64,000 bases of DNA. Source: Fibrobacterota bacterium. Its GTDB lineage: Bacteria; Fibrobacterota; Fibrobacteria; UBA11236. Shown piece after piece: positions 29,582-39,493 of this stretch. A program made the translations under genes and the position numbers. The stretch's first letter is position 1. Each line of letters opens with the position of its first letter. The notes under the pieces were generated by a model, which did not search any database, was not told the DNA's origin, and saw only the letters and a list, made by a program, of their open reading frames with translations. The stretch spans positions 3,671-67,670 of the forward strand of contig JAQBPN010000070.1 of the NCBI GenBank assembly GCA_028287505.1. The letters are read 5' to 3'.

Positions 29582-31657
29582 ATGGCCGGTTCAAAAACGC
29601 CCGGTTCCAGATTGGCTCTGCCGCTTTCCCTGCTGGCATTCTGCGCCATCCACCGGGAAGCCGGGGCCGGAACCGAAGGGGATCCGCAAGGTCCGATTTT
29701 CCGGAAGCCGAGTTTCTCCCAAATGGAACGCGTCGTCGTGGTCTCCAAAAAACCGGAAAGCATCCTGGAAGCGCCCGGTACGGTTTACGTCATCACGGAT
29801 GAGGATATCGAAAGGTTCGGCTGGCGGGACATGCGGGAGATCCTATGGTCCATCCCGAACATGGATCAGGTATGGCAATTATACTGGGCGAACGGAGGAC
29901 AAAGGGGATTCACGGGGAATTCCGCGGGCACGTTGCTTCTCATCGACGGCAGGGAGGTCCAGAACCTGCTGGCCGACGAGGCCATGATGCAGAACTTTCC
30001 CGCGCACCGGATCAAACGCGTCGAAGTGCTGCAGGGGCCGGGTTCGGCTCTTTACGGAAGCAACGCGAGCGAAGGCGTGATCAACATCGTGACCAAGCTG
30101 GCCGATCCGCTTCAAGAAGACGCCTCCCAGGTGAGCTTCCTTGCCGGGGAAACGGACTCCCGGGGAGCCTACGCCTTCAGCAGGAAAAACGGCGCAAACA
30201 CGTCCTTGGGCGTGAGCGGGTCCTATTTCACCAGCCTGCAGAATTGGGGTCCCCTGCGTGATTTCATCGCCGATGACGGCCGCTTCTCCCGCCGTCCCTC
30301 CGTGGACTCCGTCCGCGACAAGGAATCCGATAAAGTGGTATTCCCGGTCGAAAGCGAAACCTTCGATTTCTTCGCTTCCAGCCCCCACGTCTATGCCGGA
30401 GCGAACTATTTCCGCGAAGAGAATACCGAAGGTATGGAAATGGTCCGCGTCCGGTTGGGGGAACGCACCGGTTACCGCCTGGCCTTCCACGGATTCGCCG
30501 GCGCCAAATATGAGCGCGAAGCACTCCAGGGCTTCGCCGAATACCGGTATAGCCGGGAACGGGACAATTTCCTCGGAGCGGACCAGACGGTGATACCGTT
30601 GCCCAATCGGGTCTTCCGGCCGGAACGCCATCGGCTGAAAGCGCAGGGAACCTACCGTTTCCCGAACCAGACCATTGTGTTCGGTTACGACGGGATAATT
30701 CATGAGACCGGGTTCTACGAGGACACCTCGCTGGTGGGAGGGCTGACCTATCCCTCCATTCCCTCCAGGATTTTCCGTACCTATCTGAATTCCGTTTTCG
30801 CCGAGAATACGATATTCCTCCTCGATGGGCGGTTGAAAATCAACGCGGGCCTGCGGGTTGAAAAGCAGAAAGGCATGGATCCGCAGGTGATTCCCCGCTT
30901 GGGTATGGTGCTCCAGGCTTGGCGGGGAGCGGCCGTCAAACTTCTCTATGGGCACGGTGTCCGGGCTCCCGGTCCGTTCGAGCTCAACAATGCAAGGAGC
31001 GCCGGGATTGCCGCATCGGAAGTACCCTCCCGCAAGACCGACGATTTCGAAGTGAATTGGGTCCAGGAATCCGGTTGGGGCGACTGGCGATTCGTAAACA
31101 GCATGTCGGGATACCACATGGTGGCAAACGAAAATTTCCAGCAAGTCCTCGTCCAGGATACCTTCCGGTTGGTCCTGGACGAGGACAAGACGGTGGATGG
31201 GGTCGAAGACCTGCTCCGCATTACCTGGCGCGAAAAGCATGGCGGTTTTCTGGGCGGCCGATGGATCGATCCATCCCGGACGGAAGTGGCCGGGGAGAAA
31301 ATAGTGGCTGACGTGCCCATCGTCCGCGGAAAGGCCGGATTGTATTCGCGATTGCTTCCCTGGATTCTCATCGGCGTGTTCATCGACGCATCGGGAGAGG
31401 TCAAAACGGATGCCAATTCCCCGGATGGAAATTCCGTCGAAGTCCTGACCATTCCCGGTTGGGTGAACACGAATCTCAACCTGCGCCTGGGTGACTTCGA
31501 TCTGGGAAAGCCGGGAGGAGCGAGGCTGGGTTTTTCCACCTTCATCGAGAATGTTTTCGATGAAACCTATTACCACCCCAACCATCGGGGAACGTCTCCC
31601 ATCCAATACATGCAGGCTCCGCGGAACATGCGATTCACCGCGGATATGAAATTCTAA
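29582..31657 (+). CDS. TonB-dependent outer-membrane receptor
   Basis: Signal peptide; plug domain (VVVSKKPESILEAPGTVYVITDEDIERFGWRDMREIL...LQGPGSALYGSNASEGVINIVTK); 22-strand barrel pattern; C-terminal ...RFTADMKF. Confidence 0.85.
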   Translation: MAGSKTPGSRLALPLSLLAFCAIHREAGAGTEGDPQGPIFRKPSFSQMERVVVVSKKPESILEAPGTVYVITDEDIERFGWRDMREILWSIPNMDQVWQLYWANGGQRGFTGNSAGTLLLIDGREVQNLLADEAMMQNFPAHRIKRVEVLQGPGSALYGSNASEGVINIVTKLADPLQEDASQVSFLAGETDSRGAYAFSRKNGANTSLGVSGSYFTSLQNWGPLRDFIADDGRFSRRPSVDSVRDKESDKVVFPVESETFDFFASSPHVYAGANYFREENTEGMEMVRVRLGERTGYRLAFHGFAGAKYEREALQGFAEYRYSRERDNFLGADQTVIPLPNRVFRPERHRLKAQGTYRFPNQTIVFGYDGIIHETGFYEDTSLVGGLTYPSIPSRIFRTYLNSVFAENTIFLLDGRLKINAGLRVEKQKGMDPQVIPRLGMVLQAWRGAAVKLLYGHGVRAPGPFELNNARSAGIAASEVPSRKTDDFEVNWVQESGWGDWRFVNSMSGYHMVANENFQQVLVQDTFRLVLDEDKTVDGVEDLLRITWREKHGGFLGGRWIDPSRTEVAGEKIVADVPIVRGKAGLYSRLLPWILIGVFIDASGEVKTDANSPDGNSVEVLTIPGWVNTNLNLRLGDFDLGKPGGARLGFSTFIENVFDETYYHPNHRGTSPIQYMQAPRNMRFTADMKF

Positions 31658-31674
31658 GGAAGGGATTCCGGCCC

Positions 31675-32253
31675 ATGCTGTCATTTGCCTCCAAAGCCGC
31701 GGTCGCCATGTCCATGCTGATCGCCGGCAGCGGCGCGGCGGTCGCGGAGTCGGCGATTTCGGCCCCGGAATACAATGTCAAGGCCGGGTATCTGTTGCTT
31801 TTCATCCGCTATGTGACATGGCCCGACACCACGTTCGCATCGCCGCAATCCTTCATCATCGTCGGGGTTTTGGGAAGGGATCCATTCGGAAAAGTGCTGG
31901 AAGAAACGTTCGCGGATGCGGCCGGCATGACAGGACGGAAAACGGAAATCCGCCGGGTTTCCGATGTTGCGGGCGCGATGGGATGCCATGTGGTCTTCAT
32001 CAGCGATTTCGAATCCGGCCATACCGCGGAATGGCTGGCGGCATTGCGGGACAAGCCGATTCTTACCGTCACCGAAACCGAAGAAGGTGCGGATGCCGGT
32101 TCGATAATCAATTTCATCAAGGAAGGGAACCGGGTCCGGTTCGAAGTCAACCTGATGGCCGCGCACCGTGTCGGCCTGAAAATCGCATCGCCTGTGCTGG
32201 TGTCCGCGCGGAATGTCGGAAAGCAGGGCGGCAAAGAAGAGGGAAATCCTTGA
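31675..32253 (+). CDS. YfiR-family (DUF4154) periplasmic protein
   Basis: Signal peptide followed by VKAGYLLLFIRYVTWP...HVVFIS...ILTVTETEEGADAGSIINFIKEGNRVRFEVNLMAAHRVGLKIASPVL, typical of YfiR/DUF4154. The stop overlaps the start of the downstream kinase (TGATG). Confidence 0.75.
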   Translation: MLSFASKAAVAMSMLIAGSGAAVAESAISAPEYNVKAGYLLLFIRYVTWPDTTFASPQSFIIVGVLGRDPFGKVLEETFADAAGMTGRKTEIRRVSDVAGAMGCHVVFISDFESGHTAEWLAALRDKPILTVTETEEGADAGSIINFIKEGNRVRFEVNLMAAHRVGLKIASPVLVSARNVGKQGGKEEGNP

Positions 32254-34535
32254 TGGTCTCGATAATGGAAGATCCCGAAGAAGGATGGGGGCGGTTCAGG
32301 AACCTGCCCATCCAGCGGAAACTTTTTTTCACAATCGCTTTGACCCTTGGATTCGCGATCCTGGTGGCCTCGTCCGCTTTGCTCATCTATGAAGCCCGTT
32401 CTTTCCGGCCGCGCACCCTGGAAAAAGCGGAATCCCGGGCCGAAATGCTGGCCGAAATCCTGGTGCCTCCCATGGAATTCGACGACTCCGCCACTTGCGC
32501 CGCCTACCTCCGCACCCTGAGGCATACGCCCGATATATCCAGCGCGGTCCTGTGCGATACCGGAAGGAACGCTATCGCGTCCTATAGCAGGACGGCCGGT
32601 GACCCGTTTCCGCATCGGGTACGGACACTGCCGACGGGGCCGACTTTCGGCCCGCACGAACTCATGTATCTGCTCCCGGTATCCGATCATGGCCATCTGC
32701 TCGGATACCTGGCGCTCAGGGAGGAATTGCCCTCCTTTCTGGAACGCCTGCCCCAATACGGCATCATGCTTTCGGTGATCGCCCTCTCCCTGCTGGCCCT
32801 GGCGGCAATGCTCGCCCTTGTCCTCAAACACACGGTTACCGCCCCCATCGTCGCATTGGCCGGTATCGCCAAAGCGGTCGCGGAAGACAAGGACTACGGG
32901 CAACGAGTCAAGTCGGGAGGGAAGGACGAAGTGGGATCGATGACGGCCGCCTTCAACATGATGCTGGATGCCCTGGAACAACGGGAACATTCGCTGCTCG
33001 AAAGCCGCGCATTGCTCCAATCCGTCATCGACAATTCCATGTCGATTATCTTCGTGAAGGATCCGGAGGGGCGCTACATATTGATCAACCGGCGGTTCGA
33101 GGACATTTTCCACGTTTCCCTCCAATCGGTACGGGGCAGAACCGATCGCGATATTTTTCCCGAAGAATCCGCGGAAGCGTACCGGGCGGGCGATCTGCGC
33201 GCCCTGGCCGGCGGCAGACCCGTTGAGATGGAGGAACAGATTCCGCAGGACGACGGCCGGCATACCTACATCACGGTCAAATATCCCTTGCGCGACGCCG
33301 CCGGAAAGGTCTATGCGGTTTGCGGTATCGCAACGGACATCACCCAGATAAAGAATTATGAGGAACAACTCCGCCAAAGCCAGAAAATGGAGGCGATCGG
33401 CCGCTTGGCGGGCGGCATCTCCCATGACTTCAACAATCTCCTCACGGCCATCAACGGTTACAGCATGATGGCCTTGCAGAGCGTGGAAGCCGCCAATTCC
33501 ATCCATGGATTCCTGGAAGAGATCCTGAAGGCCGGCGAACGGGCCGCCGGCCTTACCCGCCAACTGTTGGCCTACAGCCGTAAGCAGATACTCGAGCCCA
33601 GGATCTGGAACCTCAATGAAATCGTGATGGACATCGAAAAAATGCTCCGACGGCTCATCGGGGAGGATGTCCGGCTGACCACCCGCCTGGCGCCGGATCT
33701 GAAGATGGTAAAGGTCGATCGCGGCCAGTTGGAGCAGATCATCCTGAACCTAGCGCTCAATGCCCGCGATGCGATGACCGGAGGGGGGGAATTGATCGTG
33801 AAAACCGGAAACGCGTTCCTGGATGGGGCCTATGCCGCGACCCACCCTGAAGTGGCCGCGGGTCCATACGTCCAGCTCGAGGTGAGCGATACCGGTTCCG
33901 GCATGAACCGGCAGGTCATGTCGCATCTGTTCGAACCGTTTTTCACCACCAAGGAACCCGGCAAAGGCACGGGGCTCGGGCTGTCCGTGGTGTATGGAAT
34001 CGTACAACAGAGCGGAGGATCCATTTCCGTATCCAGCGAACCCGGGAAGGGGACTACCTTCAGCATCTATCTGCCGACGACGCCCGTCTCCGGGACTTCG
34101 CAACCTGAAGGCGGCAAGCTTCCCGAGGGAGGCGCATTCCGGGGAAAGGAAACCGTGCTTCTGGTGGAAGACGAAGAAGTGGTCCGCAGGTTCACCCGGC
34201 ATATCCTGGAGGCCCAGGGGTACGCCGTTCTGGAAGCCGTCGATGGGGTCAAAGCGCTCGAAGCCATCGCCGGCCACGCCGGCCCGGTGGATTTGATCCT
34301 GTCCGATGTGGTGATGCCCCACATGGGCGGGCCTGAATTGGCCGAACGGTTGCGCAAGGAATCCCGGGACATTCCCATGCTTTTCATTTCGGGCTATGCC
34401 GATGGGGGTGCGGCCAGCTTGGGCCCATTCGCCGACGGAAACGATTTCCTGCAAAAACCGTTTTCCCCCTATAATCTGGCGAAAAAGGTGCGGGAAATCC
34501 TCGACCGGGTCCGAACCAGCGAACCCGAATCATGA
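32253..34535 (+). CDS. Hybrid sensor histidine kinase (TM-periplasmic-TM-HAMP-PAS-HisKA-HATPase-REC)
   Basis: Two TM helices bracket a periplasmic domain of about 150 aa. HAMP; PAS ([25 protein letters not shown]); H-box ([11 protein letters not shown]); N/G boxes; C-terminal receiver ([10 protein letters not shown]...[12 protein letters not shown]). Start is Met146 of ORF 31818..34535. Confidence 0.9.
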   Translation: MVSIMEDPEEGWGRFRNLPIQRKLFFTIALTLGFAILVASSALLIYEARSFRPRTLEKAESRAEMLAEILVPPMEFDDSATCAAYLRTLRHTPDISSAVLCDTGRNAIASYSRTAGDPFPHRVRTLPTGPTFGPHELMYLLPVSDHGHLLGYLALREELPSFLERLPQYGIMLSVIALSLLALAAMLALVLKHTVTAPIVALAGIAKAVAEDKDYGQRVKSGGKDEVGSMTAAFNMMLDALEQREHSLLESRALLQSVIDNSMSIIFVKDPEGRYILINRRFEDIFHVSLQSVRGRTDRDIFPEESAEAYRAGDLRALAGGRPVEMEEQIPQDDGRHTYITVKYPLRDAAGKVYAVCGIATDITQIKNYEEQLRQSQKMEAIGRLAGGISHDFNNLLTAINGYSMMALQSVEAANSIHGFLEEILKAGERAAGLTRQLLAYSRKQILEPRIWNLNEIVMDIEKMLRRLIGEDVRLTTRLAPDLKMVKVDRGQLEQIILNLALNARDAMTGGGELIVKTGNAFLDGAYAATHPEVAAGPYVQLEVSDTGSGMNRQVMSHLFEPFFTTKEPGKGTGLGLSVVYGIVQQSGGSISVSSEPGKGTTFSIYLPTTPVSGTSQPEGGKLPEGGAFRGKETVLLVEDEEVVRRFTRHILEAQGYAVLEAVDGVKALEAIAGHAGPVDLILSDVVMPHMGGPELAERLRKESRDIPMLFISGYADGGAASLGPFADGNDFLQKPFSPYNLAKKVREILDRVRTSEPES

Positions 34536-34557
34536 TTCCGCCGCGCCGGGAGCCCGA

Positions 34558-35946
34558 TCAGGGATGCGCTTCCCAGGCATTCCCCATGGCTACGCGCGCG
34601 CCCAGCCGCTGAAAAGTCCGGTACAGACCGTAGCGCGCCCGATCCAGGAATACGAAGTCCGGGGAGAATTCTATTCCTTTCACGGTCCGGAACAGGCGCC
34701 ATGCCTGGGCCCGGCACTCCTCGAAGTAATCCCCCGCCGCGCCGAAATCGAATGTCGCGACCTGGTACGGGCGGAGCACCCATTCCCCCATGGATCGCAA
34801 ATGCTTTTCCAGATCCGCGAAGTCCTCCCTGCGATCGGTGATGCGCAGGATGCCCAAGGCATCGTACTCCTCCACCAGGGAGTTGGCCGTCCCGGTTCCC
34901 CGGTATCCCTTGGCGTGCATGGCGAAAAGCCGCCGGAGATTGCCACTGAAGCCGGCAGGGAAGGATTTCACGCAGCCGAAATCGAGCATAGCGACGGCGC
35001 CGTCCGCCCGCGCCTTGCCCGGCCCTATCCCGTCCGACCGGGCTGCCCGGAAAAATTCCGGCCGGATGAGGAAATTCCCAGGGTTGGGATCGGCGTTCAA
35101 AGCATGGAGTTCATATACGGATTTCAGATAAACGCTCCAGAGAATGGCCGCCAAAGCGTCCCGCTCCGTCTGTCCCGGCGAACCGGCCAGCCACTCCTGC
35201 AGATGCACGCCATCCATGAAGTCCGTGGCGAGGACGGTCTCGCTGCTGAAGGACCGGTGCACGCGGGGTACGGCCACTTCCGGGATACCCAGGCTTTCCC
35301 GGAACCAATCCGTCCAGCGCGCCTCGTGCCCGTAGGAAAGCTCTTCCACCATGCGTTCCGCGACCTCGGACCAGACCCCCTGCACTTCCTTGAGCCAGGG
35401 CAGATGAGAAGCGAATCCCGCTACCATCGCCAAATCATTCTTGACCGTACGGGCGATGCCCGGATATTGGATCTTGATCGCCAGCCTACGGTCTTCATGG
35501 GTGACGGCAAGGTGCACCTGCCCCAGGCTGGCGGCCGCGAAAGGCGTCTCTGAAAATTCCCTGAAAAGCATTTCCGGCGGCGCGCCCAGGTTGGCGATAA
35601 GGGTCCGGCGCACCAATGCGCGATTCATGGGAGGGGATTGATAGCAGGATTTTGAAAGTTCTTTGCGGAATTCCTCCGGCAGCAGTTCCTCTTCCTGGCT
35701 CAGCATCTGGGCGAGCTTGAGGGGAAGGCCTTTCAGGCGCGCGCAGGCGGCGAAGAATGCTTCCCCGCGCTCCTTCCAGACCTCCTCGGGAGTCCCTTTC
35801 CCCCGGCGCATCGACCGTAGCGCCGAAGTGACTGCCAAGCGCCCGGCCACGCCGGCCCGCGCCAGTTTGGAGAGAGGCATCGCCTTGACTGTCGGCTCCT
35901 TGCCGGGTTTTGCCATGCGGTCCGCATCCTTCGAGGCGCGATCCAT
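34558..35946 (-). CDS. ABC1/UbiB-family atypical protein kinase
   Basis: SLGQVHLAVTHEDRRLAIKIQYPGIARTVKNDLAMV and a downstream HADPNPGNF motif, characteristic of the ABC1/ADCK family. Confidence 0.85.
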   Translation of the reverse strand: MDRASKDADRMAKPGKEPTVKAMPLSKLARAGVAGRLAVTSALRSMRRGKGTPEEVWKERGEAFFAACARLKGLPLKLAQMLSQEEELLPEEFRKELSKSCYQSPPMNRALVRRTLIANLGAPPEMLFREFSETPFAAASLGQVHLAVTHEDRRLAIKIQYPGIARTVKNDLAMVAGFASHLPWLKEVQGVWSEVAERMVEELSYGHEARWTDWFRESLGIPEVAVPRVHRSFSSETVLATDFMDGVHLQEWLAGSPGQTERDALAAILWSVYLKSVYELHALNADPNPGNFLIRPEFFRAARSDGIGPGKARADGAVAMLDFGCVKSFPAGFSGNLRRLFAMHAKGYRGTGTANSLVEEYDALGILRITDRREDFADLEKHLRSMGEWVLRPYQVATFDFGAAGDYFEECRAQAWRLFRTVKGIEFSPDFVFLDRARYGLYRTFQRLGARVAMGNAWEAHP

Positions 35947-36749
35947 CAGGCCTTCCCGCGTTTGGGGACTTTGTCCTTGGGGGAAGCGGATGCGCTGGCC
36001 CGCTTGGACCCTGCGGCGTTTCCCTTTCCCATCCCGCCCAGATTCATGAGCAGGGGCATCAGATGGCGATTGACCAGGAACCCCACCAACTCATCCGCCT
36101 GCCGCAGCAAGGGACCGCCCACCACCGCCGCGAAAAGATTGAGGGTGCGATCGATGAACTGGCTGGTGTCCTCGTGATGCTCGGAATCGTCCTTGAGCCA
36201 ATACATCATCACCCCTATATAATGGCACCAGAGGATTTCTTCGACAATGCCCACCCAGCTTATTTCCGGGACCTCGCCCTTCGCCTGCGCCTCTTTCAGG
36301 AAGGACCCCGCGGTTTCCAGGTAGGCTTTGCGCATGGCGGCCACTTCCGACCACATCAAGCTGGCGGCCACGAAGGTGGGATGGAAAGTCTTTTCCAGGA
36401 AATCCTTTTCGCCTTCATATTGGCCGATTTGGAATTCCAGCAGCGCCTGGAGTTTTTCGACCAGGGAATAGGAGGATTTTTTGGCCAGGCCTTCGCCTTC
36501 CCGGCGCAGGCGCTCCATCTTCTGGACGTAATAGGCCAGCAGGATCTTTTCCTTGGACGCGAAGTATTTGTAAATGGCGCCGTCGCTGAGTCCCGCCGCG
36601 CGGGCCACGTCGCGGAGTGTCACCTCGGAGTAGCCTTTGGCGCGTACAAGCTTCACGAATGCATCGATGAAGCGTTGATGATGTTCTTGTTTTTTTTCCC
36701 GGGAGACTTTCACGTTCGGCCCCTTTTCCCTGGCTATAAATCTTGGCAT
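35946..36749 (-). CDS. TetR/AcrR-family transcriptional regulator
   Basis: N-terminal HTH (VTLRDVARAAGLSDGAIYKYFASKEKIL). Overlaps the ABC1 kinase gene start/stop, so the two genes look like an operon. Confidence 0.85.
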   Translation of the reverse strand: MPRFIAREKGPNVKVSREKKQEHHQRFIDAFVKLVRAKGYSEVTLRDVARAAGLSDGAIYKYFASKEKILLAYYVQKMERLRREGEGLAKKSSYSLVEKLQALLEFQIGQYEGEKDFLEKTFHPTFVAASLMWSEVAAMRKAYLETAGSFLKEAQAKGEVPEISWVGIVEEILWCHYIGVMMYWLKDDSEHHEDTSQFIDRTLNLFAAVVGGPLLRQADELVGFLVNRHLMPLLMNLGGMGKGNAAGSKRASASASPKDKVPKRGKA

Positions 36750-36762
36750 CCATAAAAAGTCG

Positions 36763-36798
36763 ATTATTGCACTTTAATGGATACTTATTTTCAATAAT
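36763..36798. promoter_or_regulatory. AT-rich inverted repeat (ATTATTG-N22-CAATAAT) just upstream of the TetR start: candidate operator/promoter
   Basis: Seen in sequence; the only AT-rich stretch in this region; sits about 15-50 bp upstream of the tetR start codon. Confidence 0.3.
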
Positions 36799-36802
36799 AA
36801 AC

Positions 36803-36828
36803 AAAAAAAAGCCATCCCAAAGGATGGC
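36803..36828 (-). terminator. Intrinsic terminator for the rho-proC transcript: hairpin gccatcccaaaggatggc followed by U8 on the minus strand
   Basis: Perfect 7-bp GC-rich stem, 4-nt loop, then an A8 run on the plus strand (U8 in the minus-strand RNA), about 190 nt downstream of proC. Confidence 0.6.
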
Positions 36829-37015
36829 CCGGGACAGGTAATCAATCTTCCGGCATCGGCGAAATTCACCGAAGTTTCGAAACATACTTTCGATTCCGAA
36901 GCGGGTCCGTCCGGGAAGCACCATAAAAAATGGTTGGTAAAGGGAGCCGGTGGAAGCCCTACCGGGCGGGCTCGGAGGAAACCGGCGTTTCTCTCGGAGA
37001 GAAACGCGGGTATTT

Positions 37016-37831
37016 CTATTGGCCCGAGAGGGCCTTGGAGCGCGCTACCGCGGCTTCCACCGCGGCGATGAGAATGCCTTTGAAGCCCGCAGTCTCCAGG
37101 ACGTGCAGACCATGAATGGTGGTTCCGCCGGGCGAACTCACCTTCGCCGACCAGGAGGAAGGCGACTCTTTGCCGCTTTCCAGGAGCTTGAGGGCGCCCT
37201 TGGCGGTTTGCAGGACCAGCGAGGTGGCGGTATCCCGCGCCAGGCCGGCTTTGACTCCCGCCAGGATCAGGCCTTCCAGGAATTCGAAAACATAGGCCGG
37301 CCCGCTGCCGGAAAGCCCGGTGACGGCGTCCATCTGATGGCTGGTAACGCGTACGGTACGTCCCGCCGCCTTGAAGATATGCTCGGCCAGCAGCAGCGTG
37401 GCTTCCGAGTTTCCGTCCGTCTCGATGGCGGTGGCGCCCTCCCCCACCGACAAGGGCAGGTTGGGCATAACGCGCACAATCTGATAGTCTTCGGGGAAAT
37501 GCGAGCGGATGTTCTCGCTGGTGACGCCCGCCATCACGCTCAGGACCACGCGCTCCTTGGGACCACTCCGGGGCTTCAGCCCGGGGGCGATATGATGGAA
37601 AATCTGGGGCTTCACGGCCAGGATCAGGACATCGCATCGATCGGGAAGGTCATGGGCCTGGACCATGGTCTGCACCCCCAGCTCGCGCTTGAGGGCCTCC
37701 ATGGTCGGGGCCAGGGTATCGTAGACGTAGACGTCTTTCGCCGCCGCCGTCCCCGAAGAAACCAGGGCGCGCACCAGGGCCGCGCCCATGTTGCCGCATC
37801 CGAGGACGCCGATGTTCTGGAAATCAACCAT
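37016..37831 (-). CDS. proC: Pyrroline-5-carboxylate reductase
   Basis: N-terminal Rossmann [12 protein letters not shown]; C-terminal P5CR dimerisation motifs ([14 protein letters not shown]); 271 aa. Confidence 0.9.
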   Translation of the reverse strand: MVDFQNIGVLGCGNMGAALVRALVSSGTAAAKDVYVYDTLAPTMEALKRELGVQTMVQAHDLPDRCDVLILAVKPQIFHHIAPGLKPRSGPKERVVLSVMAGVTSENIRSHFPEDYQIVRVMPNLPLSVGEGATAIETDGNSEATLLLAEHIFKAAGRTVRVTSHQMDAVTGLSGSGPAYVFEFLEGLILAGVKAGLARDTATSLVLQTAKGALKLLESGKESPSSWSAKVSSPGGTTIHGLHVLETAGFKGILIAAVEAAVARSKALSGQ

Positions 37832-39245
37832 TCATCGAGTCCAGGAACTCTTTGTTGGTCTTGGCGCCCTTCAACTTGTCCACCAGGAACTCCATGATTT
37901 CCACCGGGGACAGATCCTGCAGGTAGCGGCGCAGGATCCACACGCGGCGCAGGTCGTCCGGGGTCATCAACAGCTCTTCCTTGCGGGTGCCGGACTTGAA
38001 CACGTCGATGGCGGGCCAGATGCGCTTCTCGGAGATGCGCCGGTCCAGGATCAACTCCATGTTGCCCGTTCCCTTGAACTCTTCGAAAATCACCTCGTCC
38101 ATGCGGCTGCCGGTTTCGATCAGGGCCGTGGCGATGATGGTAAGGCTGCCGCCGCCTTCGATGTTACGGGCCGAACCGAAGAAGCGCTTGGGCTTCTGCA
38201 GGGCCATGGCGTCCACGCCGCCCGAAAGGATTTTGCCCGAATGCGGGATGACCACGTTATGCGCGCGGGCCAGGCGGGTGATGGAATCCAGCAGGATGAC
38301 GACATGCTGATTGTGCTCCACCAGACGGCGGGCCTTCTCGATGACCATGTTGGCCACCTGGATATGGCGCTCCGGGGGCTCGTCGAAAGTGGAGCTGAAC
38401 ACTTCCGCCGGCACGTTGCGGCGCATGTCCGTGACTTCCTCGGGACGTTCGTCGATGAGGAGCACCATCAGCTTCACTTCGGGATGGTTGCGGACGATGG
38501 AGTTGGCGATGTTCTGGAGCAGGATGGTCTTGCCCGCACGGGGCGGGGCCACGATCAGGCCGCGCTGTCCGCGCCCGATGGGCGTGAACAGGTTCATGAT
38601 GCGGGTGCTGATTTCCTTGGAGTCGTATTCGGCGTTGAAGGCGACGTCCGGATGCAACGGCGTCAGGTTGTCGAAGGAGACGCGATCCTTGCATACTTCC
38701 GGATCCTCGCTGTTCACCTTCTGGATGCGCAGCAGGGCGAAGTAGCGTTCGTTGTCCTTGGGCGCGCGGACCATGCCGGAGATGGTATCGCCGGTCTGCA
38801 GGCCGAAGCGCTTGATCTGGGTGGAGGAAACGTATACGTCGTCGGGACCGGCTACGTAGGAATGCTCCGGAGAGCGCAGGAATCCGTATCCCTCGTCCAT
38901 CACTTCCAGCACGCCTTCCGCATAGATGGAAGCGGTGCCGCCGCTCTCCCTCTCCAGGATGGAGAAGACCAGGGCCTGCTTGCGCAAGCTGCGGGGATCG
39001 GCGATGTTCAGGTCGAGCCCCATGTTGATGAGCTCTTTCATTCCCAGTTTCTTGAGTTCCGTCCAACGGTTCTTGGCTTCGGCCAGGGTGCGCGCGTTGT
39101 TGCTTTCCTGGTTCTCCCCGCCGTCCTGGGAATCCTGGTCGTATTCTTCCTGATCCCTACGACGGCCTTCAACGGCGGAGTCCCGGGTGTCGTTCTCCAT
39201 ACCGGAGAATTCTTCCTCCTTGGACTTATCCGACGTTTTTTTCAT
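37824..39245 (-). CDS. rho: Transcription termination factor Rho (with an acidic N-terminal extension of about 60 aa)
   Basis: Near-full-length match to Rho: [18 protein letters not shown], Walker [34 protein letters not shown]- and R-loops. Start set at MKKTSDK (Met41 of ORF 37824..39365). The 3' end overlaps the proC start by 8 nt. Confidence 0.92.
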   Translation of the reverse strand: MKKTSDKSKEEEFSGMENDTRDSAVEGRRRDQEEYDQDSQDGGENQESNNARTLAEAKNRWTELKKLGMKELINMGLDLNIADPRSLRKQALVFSILERESGGTASIYAEGVLEVMDEGYGFLRSPEHSYVAGPDDVYVSSTQIKRFGLQTGDTISGMVRAPKDNERYFALLRIQKVNSEDPEVCKDRVSFDNLTPLHPDVAFNAEYDSKEISTRIMNLFTPIGRGQRGLIVAPPRAGKTILLQNIANSIVRNHPEVKLMVLLIDERPEEVTDMRRNVPAEVFSSTFDEPPERHIQVANMVIEKARRLVEHNQHVVILLDSITRLARAHNVVIPHSGKILSGGVDAMALQKPKRFFGSARNIEGGGSLTIIATALIETGSRMDEVIFEEFKGTGNMELILDRRISEKRIWPAIDVFKSGTRKEELLMTPDDLRRVWILRRYLQDLSPVEIMEFLVDKLKGAKTNKEFLDSMNG

Positions 39246-39493
39246 GGCGGCTTTCGGTTTCGTGGCCAAAATGGATCTCCTTAAATGCGGTGAATCCGGG
39301 GAGGGAAGGGTTTGGTGGAAATGATGGGATGTGTAACATCCGGAAAGATATAAAAAGGCTTCCAAAGGGAAGTACCCGTGGCGACGGGCTACCTAATTAT
39401 TATAACAATTTTACCGGGAAATGGCTCCGGTATCCGGCGGAAATCCCCATTTTCCGGGAGCCGGACACCCTTATTTGTATATTTCCGCACCGC

